Positions 18,784-27,238 of a DNA stretch of 32,000 nt are shown here, in pieces (within the stretch, counting starts at the first letter, position 1; every line of letters begins with the position of its first letter). The position numbers and the translations under genes were made by a program. A model generated the notes under the pieces. That model saw only the letters and a list, made by a program, of their open reading frames with translations, was not told the DNA's origin and did no database searches. The stretch is from Candidatus Nitrospira inopinata (lineage in GTDB: Bacteria > Nitrospirota > Nitrospiria > Nitrospirales > Nitrospiraceae), in contig NZ_LN885086.1 of NCBI RefSeq assembly GCF_001458695.1, forward strand, positions 2,370,001 through 2,402,000. The letters are read 5' to 3'.

Positions 18784-19176
18784 ATGAATGAGAAGACGGA
18801 AACAAAGCAGCTCAGAAGTTTCGGCCTGCTGGTGGGCGGCATTTTTGTGGCGATCGGCGCGTGGCCGGTCGTCGCGGGGCAGCCTGTTCGTGGGTGGGCA
18901 TTGGGGCTTGGCGGTCTCTTGATGGGGTTGGGCGCTCTGGCGCCCAGAAGCCTGGCGTTACCCTACAAGGGATGGATGGCGATCGGCCATGTGCTGGGGT
19001 GGGTGAATACACGGATTATCCTGGGGATTGTGTTTTATGGACTACTAACGCCCTTGGGTTTGATTCGGCGTGCGATGGGTCATGATCCTTTGCGTATCGC
19101 CTTCGAGCCGCAGCAAGACACCTATCGCGTGCCCAAACCATCCCGTCCCGCCACGCATCTTAAAAACCAATTCTAA
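18784..19176 (+). CDS. SxtJ-family small membrane protein
   Basis: QLRSFGLLVGGIFVAIGAWP begins a set of hydrophobic helices. A basic C-terminus follows. Its position directly after a carbamoyltransferase is the typical context for SxtJ-like proteins. Confidence 0.75.
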   Translation: MNEKTETKQLRSFGLLVGGIFVAIGAWPVVAGQPVRGWALGLGGLLMGLGALAPRSLALPYKGWMAIGHVLGWVNTRIILGIVFYGLLTPLGLIRRAMGHDPLRIAFEPQQDTYRVPKPSRPATHLKNQF

Positions 19177-19195
19177 CCAAGCGGAGGACAAGCCC

Positions 19196-19348
19196 ATGGG
19201 CGAATTTTTTGCGGAATTGTGGAATTTTATGCGGGAGCGGAAAAAGTTTTGGCTGCTGCCCATCATTGTCGTGTTGCTGTTTTTAGGATCTTTGATTGTG
19301 CTGACACAGGGATCGGCTGTCGCGCCGTTTATCTATACGCTGTTCTAA
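19196..19348 (+). CDS. DUF5989-family small membrane protein (50 aa)
   Basis: A GGAGGA RBS at 19183-19188 precedes the ATG at 19196. MGEFFAELWNFMRERKKFWLLPIIVVLLFLGSLIVL matches the DUF5989 pattern (FL..RKKFWL.PII). This is the usual third member of the carbamoyltransferase-SxtJ cassette. Confidence 0.78.
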   Translation: MGEFFAELWNFMRERKKFWLLPIIVVLLFLGSLIVLTQGSAVAPFIYTLF

Positions 19349-19371
19349 ACGCCACTGGTTGAAATTAGAAA

Positions 19372-20439
19372 ATGGTGGAATCTGCCGTGCAGAGAGGGTC
19401 TGTTGCCAGGGAGTGGGTGCTGCGTTTCCTCTTGATCGTCATTTCTGTCTTGTTTGCCTTGAGCCTTGCCGAGATGGTGGCTCGGGCGTTCTTTCCGATT
19501 TCCGACGGACGTGACAACGTCACCCTTGACGGCAGGCCGATTAAAGACTGGTTCGAACCGGGAAGCGTGTATCGACAGGTTTCCAACGAGTACGATGCCG
19601 TCACCACGATCACCGACAAGGGCCATCGTGTGCCTGGCACGGATGGAAATCCGGACGTGATTTTCGTCGGAGACTCGTTTACCTATGGGTTCGGACTTCG
19701 TGACGATGAAACGTTCGCGAGTATCTACTGCGACCGTCTTCATCTTGCCTGCGTGAATCTTGGCATGCCGGGCAGCGGCACGTTGAGGCAGGTGGAACGG
19801 CTTGAAGCGTTCATCACCCGGTGGAATTGGAAACCGAAGGAGGTGAAACTGTTTTTCTTCGGCATGAGCGGCAGTTTCTCGTCCGGCAACGACTTCGTTG
19901 ACAATTTCGACCGTTATGTTCGCGAGCATGCTCATCAAGGTTTGTCCGAGCAGGATCAGCGTGAGATCACGTTACAAAGCCAACAGCCGATCGGATTTGC
20001 CGAGCGCTTGATCAGTTGGCAGGAGTGGCTTCTGCAACGTTCAACTTTAGTACGCCTTGTCAAATATTATTGGGGGCCGATGCTCAAAAGCCTCGTGGTG
20101 GCCGATCCAGGCCGTGAAAGAATGGAAGTCGCCCTCATTGCGACCAGGGAAAGCCTCGCCAAACTGGATGATCTCAGCAAACAAGTCGGCTTCACATACA
20201 AGATTTATCTCCTGGTTCCCGTCCAGGACATCATTCGAGGCACGGATGGAGATACCTTGGCCACTCTCAACAGAGTTTCCCCGATTTTAGTCATTTCCAC
20301 GGCGCATTTGTTTCGAGACCGCCCCCAAGACTATTACTTCGCGTTCGACGGCCATCTGAACGCACAAGGAAGCAGACAGGTGGCGGAGTTCTTGATACAA
20401 AACGATCAGCCACACGCCAGCTCTCGCGATAGCCGTTGA
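19372..20439 (+). CDS. Membrane-anchored SGNH/GDSL-family hydrolase, paralog A
   Basis: The N-terminal anchor is LLIVISVLFALSLAEMVARAFF. Block I is VIFVGDSFTYGFG and block V is FDGHLNAQG. Confidence 0.72.
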   Translation: MVESAVQRGSVAREWVLRFLLIVISVLFALSLAEMVARAFFPISDGRDNVTLDGRPIKDWFEPGSVYRQVSNEYDAVTTITDKGHRVPGTDGNPDVIFVGDSFTYGFGLRDDETFASIYCDRLHLACVNLGMPGSGTLRQVERLEAFITRWNWKPKEVKLFFFGMSGSFSSGNDFVDNFDRYVREHAHQGLSEQDQREITLQSQQPIGFAERLISWQEWLLQRSTLVRLVKYYWGPMLKSLVVADPGRERMEVALIATRESLAKLDDLSKQVGFTYKIYLLVPVQDIIRGTDGDTLATLNRVSPILVISTAHLFRDRPQDYYFAFDGHLNAQGSRQVAEFLIQNDQPHASSRDSR

Positions 20440-20459
20440 AATTCAAGGCTCGGAGCGCA

Positions 20460-21497
20460 ATGCGAAATTCGGTAAAAACGGTCATTCTACTCTTGACAAT
20501 GATGGTCGGAACGACCGCCTATTTCCTCTATCCACCTGAGCCACGGACCGTAAGTTTTCCGGATGGTAAGAAGTTTGCCTTTTCGATCGTTGATGACACG
20601 GACATGGCAACCCTTGAACGAGTCAAGCCTCTCTATGACTTGCTGTATCACTATGGATTTCGCACAACAAAAACAGTCTGGGTGTTGGAGTCTAACGATC
20701 TCTCTCACCCCCCAAATCAAGGGGACACTTTACATGACCCCGCTTACCGCGCATACATGGAAGAGCTCAAGAGGCGAGGCTTTGAAATCGCCCTCCACGG
20801 AGTTCGCGGCGGCAGCAGCCGACGGTCAGAAATTATTCAGGGGCTTGAAGAATTCAAGCGAGTCATGGGCGACTATCCCGTCATCCACGTCAATCATTCG
20901 TTGAATCAAGATAACGTCTATTGGGGCGAACATCGATGGTCTTTTCCACTGTTTCAGTGGGGCTACGCTCTGGCGGCCAAGCATCAATTCTTCGGCCATG
21001 ATCGGACATCGGACTATTTTTGGGGGGACCTGGTCAAAGAGAGAATTCGCTACGTCAATCAGTTTACGTACAGTGACATCAACCTGCTGGTCGTGAATCC
21101 ATCGATGCCCTATCGGTTGTCGGATAAGCCTTTCGTTAACTTGTGGTTTCCCACGGCAGATGGAGACAACCTTGATCGATTCGAAGCGCTGCTTAGTAAG
21201 GAGAATCTAGACCGGCTTGAACGTGAGGGCGGGGTGTGTTTGGTCTATACCCATATGGGCGCGGGTAGCTTTAATAAAGACAGTGGGGCTGATCCCCGGT
21301 TTGAGGGGCGGTTAAAAGACGTGTCTTCTCGCAATGGTTGGTTTGTGCCTGCGTCGGAAATCCTTGATTATTTGCAAGAACAACCTGGCTGGCGGGCGGA
21401 CCTCAGCTTCAGAGAGATGGTTCGGCTTGAAATCCTTTTTTTCTGGCAAGCGTTCCTTCGAGGCATCCTTCCCGCGCCGGCAGCTCAAGGGCGGTGA
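20460..21497 (+). CDS. Membrane-anchored protein, possibly from the polysaccharide deacetylase / glycoside hydrolase-deacetylase beta/alpha-barrel superfamily
   Basis: The ATG at 20460 lies 20 nt after the upstream stop, and the in-frame TTG at 20436 is less likely. A single TM anchor is followed by FAFSIVDDTDMATLERVKPLYDLL..FRTTKTVWV and ALHGVRG, which recall the CE4-like Asp-Asp and His motifs. The assignment is tentative. Confidence 0.45.
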   Translation: MRNSVKTVILLLTMMVGTTAYFLYPPEPRTVSFPDGKKFAFSIVDDTDMATLERVKPLYDLLYHYGFRTTKTVWVLESNDLSHPPNQGDTLHDPAYRAYMEELKRRGFEIALHGVRGGSSRRSEIIQGLEEFKRVMGDYPVIHVNHSLNQDNVYWGEHRWSFPLFQWGYALAAKHQFFGHDRTSDYFWGDLVKERIRYVNQFTYSDINLLVVNPSMPYRLSDKPFVNLWFPTADGDNLDRFEALLSKENLDRLEREGGVCLVYTHMGAGSFNKDSGADPRFEGRLKDVSSRNGWFVPASEILDYLQEQPGWRADLSFREMVRLEILFFWQAFLRGILPAPAAQGR

Positions 21498-21569
21498 GTG
21501 CTATAATGGCGCGTAAATTGAGGCATCTGTTCACTTTTGCTCTGAGCGTAAACAGGAAACAAAAACCGT

Positions 21570-22397
21570 ATGCGAACGATACTTCCCACGCTGTTGATGC
21601 ATTGTGAACGGTTGTACAACAAATATACGTCCTTTCCCCGCGGTCGATTTGCCTGCTCACGGTTGATCGCGTGGGGTCACCGGCATCTGGGTTGGTACAC
21701 GCCAATCTTCCGTCTGCCGTCTGGTATCGTTTTAGAGTTTGCTCCAGACGTTGCCAAAGACGTTCTCATCCGCGACCTTCTCTTCTCGGGTTCCTTTGAG
21801 CCAGTCCATACGGAGATCATTGAGCAGCTTCCCCCAGGAGGGGTGTTGATCGATGTGGGTGCCAATGTTGGGTATTTTTCCATCATTGGGGCCAGGGCCG
21901 TCGGGTCAGCGGGAATGGTTCATGCGTTTGAACCGGTTGATGCCATATACGAGATCCTTTGCAGGAACGTCGCACTGAACGGGCTGAGCAACGTTGAAGC
22001 GCACCATCTTGCCTGCTTTTCATCCTCCGGGAGGATGGCTGTTGAGCAAGATTGGGATTCGGGCAAGTCGCACCTCTGTTTGGACAATACAGCCGATGCT
22101 CGATTCGTTTCCGTTACGACGTTGGACCAATTCGCGGATCAGAAAAAGCTTGCCCGCGTCGATTTCATTAAGATCGACGCGGAGGGAAGTGATTTTGAGG
22201 TCTTAAAAGGAAGCAGCCGCACGATCGAGAAGTTTCGTCCCAAAATTTTCATCGAGGTAAATCACCTCTCTCGTTTTGGCGGATCGATTTCAGATGTACG
22301 GCGATTTTTTGAAGATTGCCGGTATGAGGTGACCGACGTGAAGGGCAACTATTCGCTCGATTTGCTGGGTGCTCCGATGCCCTTGGAAACGGCTTAA
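21570..22397 (+). CDS. FkbM-family methyltransferase (Methyltransf_21)
   Basis: VLIDVGANVGYFS is the SAM motif. FIKIDAEGSDFEVLKGS is the FkbM signature (iKiDvEG.E..VL.G). Confidence 0.88.
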   Translation: MRTILPTLLMHCERLYNKYTSFPRGRFACSRLIAWGHRHLGWYTPIFRLPSGIVLEFAPDVAKDVLIRDLLFSGSFEPVHTEIIEQLPPGGVLIDVGANVGYFSIIGARAVGSAGMVHAFEPVDAIYEILCRNVALNGLSNVEAHHLACFSSSGRMAVEQDWDSGKSHLCLDNTADARFVSVTTLDQFADQKKLARVDFIKIDAEGSDFEVLKGSSRTIEKFRPKIFIEVNHLSRFGGSISDVRRFFEDCRYEVTDVKGNYSLDLLGAPMPLETA

Positions 22398-22796
22398 GCT
22401 TAAGATGACGCGGTGTGTGACGAGATGACAGAGCGTCGATGATTTCATTGCTTGCGAGCCAACCAGAGTCGATCACGATAGGGATTTGCGACGACGCTCT
22501 TTAAGAACTACATCCTTCGAGAGATATCAATCGGCTGTTCATTCGAGCGACCGCTCCTGCGCCCGTAGCTTTTGAGCGCGCGTTGCTTCAAACGCTCCAA
22601 CCTACCGTTCTCAGCCTCCTACTCGTCATCCGGATCGAGCTGCGGTCTTCGTGCGATGAAGATCATTGGTCGGACGATAGCAGACTCTTTGCAATGTCCA
22701 TCGTGTACATGCGGGCGAACATTGACCGTGGCGCCTTGCTCTCAGCATGGTTAAGGCAAGACCGGATCTTGGATAACCGATCACTTGAGTAGAACG

Positions 22797-23829
22797 ATGT
22801 TGAAAAACCTATCCGTTGCCGGACTTACTACGTTGGTTGCCCTCGTGGCGGCTGAGCTTTGTATGCGCGCATATTTAGCAGACATCACGACGACCTATGA
22901 TAACCGTAGTTACTTCGCCCTAAAATGGAAGGCAGCTCATGTCTCGCTGAATCAACGGCTCTATCGTGAGAGAGAAATAAACGGTCAAAAAGGATGACCG
23001 TGTCTATCGTGTCGCGATAATCGGTGATTCGTTCACGTTCGGGCAGGGCATTGATGAAGAGGATCGTTTATCAAACCTGCTGGAACGCTCTTCCCCCCCT
23101 CTTCCTTTCTCTCCTCGGATTGAAGCGCTCAACTTCGGCAAGCCCGGAGCGAATACCGCCGAAGAAGTGACTATTCTCCAAAAAGATGTGTTGCCGCTCC
23201 GGCCTGATTTTGTGCTGCTGCAATGGTATGTGAATGATGTGGAAAATAACGGTTCTTCTCAAGGGAGCCCAAACGTTCGTGCCTTCACGAATCAGGTCAA
23301 ACAGTTCCTGTTAAATCACTCGGCGTTGTATTTCTTGGTCGTCGATAGCGTGCATAGACTCCGGAGTCGCTTTGGAAGGAGCTATGCGGCTGATTTGTTC
23401 GGTCGGGTCGGCAACCCCCATAGTCTTGAAGCCCAAGAGGCGGAAAGGGCCCTGCGCGAGTTCTTCAATAAATGCCGGGATCATGGTGTGCCAATGGGTG
23501 TCGCCCTGGTGCCTGATCTGAGTCCAATCCAGACGGGACACTACCCTTTTCTATATCTTCACCAGCGTGTCCTGTCGATTTGTGCAGACGCGGGTGTCAT
23601 CTGTCTCGATTTGCTGCCGGTGTTCATGCCGTACTTGACCGACCCGTCGAAAGTCGGCGATCTCTTGGTCAACAGATTTGACGCTCACATGAGCCCTTTT
23701 GCCAATCGGCTTGCAGCGGAGAAAGTCTTGGAGGTCTGGGGACCAACCTGGCGGACAGTATACGAGGTGAAGTCCGTCTCCGGAGAAGATGTCGGCGCAG
23801 TGTCCATCGCCCAGGCTGCGCGGGAGTGA
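22797..23829 (+). pseudogene. Membrane-anchored SGNH/GDSL hydrolase, paralog B, interrupted by a 1-nt frameshift at an A5 run
   Basis: The upstream piece (22797-22997) encodes the TM anchor LVALVAAELCMRAYL and ends ...NGQKG-stop. The next frame is open from 22981 and reads ..DRVYRVAIIGDSFTFGQG...NDV...FDAHMSP, i.e. SGNH blocks I, III and V. Removing one A from 22987-22991 joins them into a ~343-aa protein, the same size and architecture as paralogs A and C. Confidence 0.8.
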
Positions 23830-24016
23830 ACACGTTATAGCAATTTTCCTCCTGCACGGTATGCCGCGAGGGGCTCGGTGTGTTCAGGCATCGGAGAACC
23901 TACGCGGCGAACGACATTCCATTGCAATCGACGCTGTCGCATCCTTCCCGCTGTTGGCTTGACAGGGAATAGGAGACGCTGCATCTGGGTTGTTTGCCCA
24001 CATGGTGAATTGAAAA

Positions 24017-25075
24017 ATGGGGAAAAATCTTCTTGCGTTGATGATAGGGCTGATGATTGCGCTGGTGGGTGTGGAGGCTGGCGCGCGGATACTGGCGGAT
24101 TTGCTGGGCGCGTCATCTTACATGCAATATGATGAACAAGTCGGCTGGAAGGCCAAACCGGGAGCGGTTAAGCGTCACAAAAATGAGAGTCTCAGTTTTG
24201 ACGTGACGTATCACATCAACGACAGAGGAATACGGGGCGTCGTGCATGATCAAGTCAAGCCGCCAGGGGGCTATCGCATCGTCCTGTTGGGTGATTCAAA
24301 CGGCTTTGGCTGGGGCATCGAAGAGGGGAAGCATTTTGCCGCCATCATCGATCATGAGCTTGACAATGTAGAGGTAGTGAATCTCTCGCTGAGCGGGTAT
24401 GGTACGGACCAGGAATATTTGCGCTTTGTCGAAGAAGGAATGGCCTATCAGGCCGATCTGGTGATCGTTCAGGTTACGCCCAATGATTTTGAAGAAATTC
24501 AGCATCCATTTTTCAATGGAAAGGCCAAACCCCAATTCGTCTTGTCAGAGCGGGATGAGCTTCGCCTCGTGAATGTGCCCGTCAAACCGATCGGGCTCAA
24601 GGCCGAGGATTTTTATGACAACTCGCTGCCCCTACCGTTTCGAGAATGGCTGGAGTGGCATAGTTATGCGTACAACTACTTCAACGAAAAGTATTATGCT
24701 CTCAAACGAAAAACCACGAAGAGCAAGTCGGCTGAGTTGAGTCGTGAGGTCTTTTCCACTGATAGCGTGCTGTTGTTCAAAAGGATCATCGAACAGCTCA
24801 AGGCTAAGCTGGATGAGATCGGAGCGAAAGGATTGATTGTGCATGCCTCCAAAGACGTGAGCGAACATGACTATCTGGCCGACAGTCCGTTGCCTGTCTT
24901 GGATCTTTATCCGGTGATGTCGGCGCATGAACAGGATCGCGGCGTACAACTCTACTATGCGGATGGCGTGCATTGGAATGAACAGGGTCATCGGCTGATC
25001 GCCGATGAACTAAAAAAGGTTATTGAGCGCTATCGGACATCCGAAACGTTGCAGGTTGCCATGGCGCTCGACTGA
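24017..25075 (+). CDS. Membrane-anchored SGNH/GDSL-family hydrolase, paralog C
   Basis: The anchor is LLALMIGLMIALVGVEAGARIL. Block I is RIVLLGDSNGFGWG, block III is VTPNDF and block V is ADGVHWNEQGH. Confidence 0.78.
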   Translation: MGKNLLALMIGLMIALVGVEAGARILADLLGASSYMQYDEQVGWKAKPGAVKRHKNESLSFDVTYHINDRGIRGVVHDQVKPPGGYRIVLLGDSNGFGWGIEEGKHFAAIIDHELDNVEVVNLSLSGYGTDQEYLRFVEEGMAYQADLVIVQVTPNDFEEIQHPFFNGKAKPQFVLSERDELRLVNVPVKPIGLKAEDFYDNSLPLPFREWLEWHSYAYNYFNEKYYALKRKTTKSKSAELSREVFSTDSVLLFKRIIEQLKAKLDEIGAKGLIVHASKDVSEHDYLADSPLPVLDLYPVMSAHEQDRGVQLYYADGVHWNEQGHRLIADELKKVIERYRTSETLQVAMALD

Positions 25076-25086
25076 GTCTGCGAGCA

Positions 25087-27201
25087 ATGGAGATGTCGAC
25101 GGCTGGTCTATTCCTTCTGACAGCATTTGGGGCGGCGGCTTATGCCGGTGGCTTGGCCTGCTGGCTCTTTGTGAAGAGGCGGGAGGCCGCGTTTTACCCG
25201 AGTCTTGCGCTTGTGTTTACTCTAGCGTGTCTCGCCAACGTTGCTCATGGCTTTGGAGGGCAGGACGAATCCCACGAACTGTTCTGGTATCGGCTTGCCT
25301 TGGCGCTGGAACTGTGTTTGCCCGGTGCGTTGCTCCACGCCGGCGTTCGATTCTTGCCGGTCTCGCAAGATCATGCTCCATCGGCTGATCTCCGCCGTGT
25401 TCTTCTCATTGGCCTGCTCGGCCTGAGTTTGGCTGGGCTCTCAATGACGGACTGGGTCTTGGTTTCGGCTTCGCAGCCTGATGCCGCGTCCTTACCAATG
25501 TTGGGAGACTGGGGACAGGCGCCCTACATCTTTCTCGTGCTTGCCACGGCGATGGCGTTGGCGCAGATGGAAAGAGTTTTCCGATCGAGCCGGGAACTGA
25601 CCCGCTATCGATTGAAACTGGTCATAATCGGACTGGCTGGATTGGGGGGATATGAGATTTATTATGCCAGCGAAACGTTGTTGGTCTCGATGTGGCGCGA
25701 AGAGCATCTCGCGGCCTTCGGCGTCGTTTCGCTGATGTCTTCGGGTTTGGTGACGCTCGGCATCGCCAGGAGCCGGTTTAAAGAATTGCTTTTCAATACA
25801 CAGGTGTCTCAGCAGGCTCTGATGGGGTCGGTGACCTTTATTGCCGTTGGTCTCTACCTGCTTCTCGTGGGAGCCGTCGGCGCATGGCTTCGCCGCATAG
25901 ACCAGCCCCTGGGGTATGAGCTCAGTGTGGTGGTGGTGCTGGGGGCGCTGGCGGCTCTGGTCGCGCTGGCCACGTCCAAGACGACCAGGAGCGAAATCAA
26001 ACGGTTCTTGGCCAGAAACTTTTCTCGATCAAAATATGATTATCGAGCCGAGTGGCTTCGTGTCACACAGTCGTTTCAAGGGGCGACGACTCGTGAAGCG
26101 ATTGTCGAGTGTCTTCATGATCTCCTGGTCAAAACCTTCGCAACAACAACGATCGCGGTGTGGACCTTGAGGGAAGCGGATCAACGGTATCATCAGGCGA
26201 AGCCAGCCGATCCAACGATGCCGACGATCGAAGCGACTCATCCGGTCATTCAAAAATTGATGAGCCAGGATGATCCGGTGATGCTTGAGGAACGGTCGGG
26301 AGATCGCTTTGAGGCAAGCGATCCGTTTATCAGGTTGAAAGCCAGGCTGTGTTCACCGATTTACGTCCAAGACCGGCTGACGGCATTTGTGATGCTTGGA
26401 ACACAGCCCCGCGAGGAGCGTTACGGGGTTGATGATTGCGATCTGCTGAGAGGAATTTGTCACCATGCGGGAGCGCTGTTTGCTCATGCCGACTTGGCGG
26501 AAGAACGGCGGGCCTCGGCGGAACTGGAAGCGCTGCACCGGTTTTCGGTGTTCTGCCTGCATGATATCAAAAACCTGGCGGCGCGGTTGTCACTCGTGGC
26601 GCAGAACGCGGAACGTCATGGGCACGATCCTGCGTTTCAACAGTCGGCGTTGAGAACGGTGGCGGATACGGCCAGAAAAATGACGGACCTGATCAGCAAG
26701 CTTTCTCGCCAGTCCTTGTCGTCTCCCGTCGGAGAAAAAGCGGATCTGATGCATCTGCCATCTCTTGTCGAGGAAGTAGTGGCACCGCTTCGATCCGATC
26801 AGCGGATTGCTCTGTATGTGGAAGGGCATCTTGATGTTCCTATCCGGGGGGTCCGTGAGCAGATCCAACAGGTGCTGACGAACGTGGTGCTGAACGCCAG
26901 GCAGGCCATTATCGAGCGGGGCAGTATTTCGATTGTGGTCGCGCGATCGAAAGACTCGGCTATCATTACAATAGACGATACGGGACGAGGGGTGCCGGCG
27001 ACAATGCTCGACCGGCTGTTTCGGCCGTCTCAATCAAGCCGTCCCGGCGGTTTGGGCGTTGGGTTGTATCAATGCAAGAGGATCATCGAGGCGCACGGCG
27101 GGACCATTACGCTTTGCAGTGCGGAGGGAAAAGGGACGCGGGTGCGGATCGAGCTGCCGCTTGCCGACTCATTGTACAAAGCAGGAGTCGGCCGGCCGTA
27201 G
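25087..27201 (+). CDS. prsK: PEP-CTERM system histidine kinase (PrsK type)
   Basis: The protein is 704 aa. A polytopic N-terminal membrane domain of ~300 aa is followed by a central GAF-like region. The H-box is FCLHDIKNLAARL. The HATPase_c motifs are VLNARQA (N box), DDTGRGVP (G1) and GGLGVGLYQCKRIIEAHGG (G2). It lies directly upstream of a sigma54 response regulator and next to PEP-CTERM cargo and a PrsT-like TPR gene. Confidence 0.85.
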   Translation: MEMSTAGLFLLTAFGAAAYAGGLACWLFVKRREAAFYPSLALVFTLACLANVAHGFGGQDESHELFWYRLALALELCLPGALLHAGVRFLPVSQDHAPSADLRRVLLIGLLGLSLAGLSMTDWVLVSASQPDAASLPMLGDWGQAPYIFLVLATAMALAQMERVFRSSRELTRYRLKLVIIGLAGLGGYEIYYASETLLVSMWREEHLAAFGVVSLMSSGLVTLGIARSRFKELLFNTQVSQQALMGSVTFIAVGLYLLLVGAVGAWLRRIDQPLGYELSVVVVLGALAALVALATSKTTRSEIKRFLARNFSRSKYDYRAEWLRVTQSFQGATTREAIVECLHDLLVKTFATTTIAVWTLREADQRYHQAKPADPTMPTIEATHPVIQKLMSQDDPVMLEERSGDRFEASDPFIRLKARLCSPIYVQDRLTAFVMLGTQPREERYGVDDCDLLRGICHHAGALFAHADLAEERRASAELEALHRFSVFCLHDIKNLAARLSLVAQNAERHGHDPAFQQSALRTVADTARKMTDLISKLSRQSLSSPVGEKADLMHLPSLVEEVVAPLRSDQRIALYVEGHLDVPIRGVREQIQQVLTNVVLNARQAIIERGSISIVVARSKDSAIITIDDTGRGVPATMLDRLFRPSQSSRPGGLGVGLYQCKRIIEAHGGTITLCSAEGKGTRVRIELPLADSLYKAGVGRP

Positions 27202-27238
27202 GCCAACGTGAAGTCTTCTGGGACGGAAGTCAGCATTC

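Noticed and set aside
23950-23990. TTGACA at ~23957 as a sigma70 -35 box upstream of SGNH paralog C.
   Set aside because: The best -10 candidate at 17-nt spacing is CATCTG, which matches TATAAT at only 2 of 6 positions. That is too weak to report as a feature.
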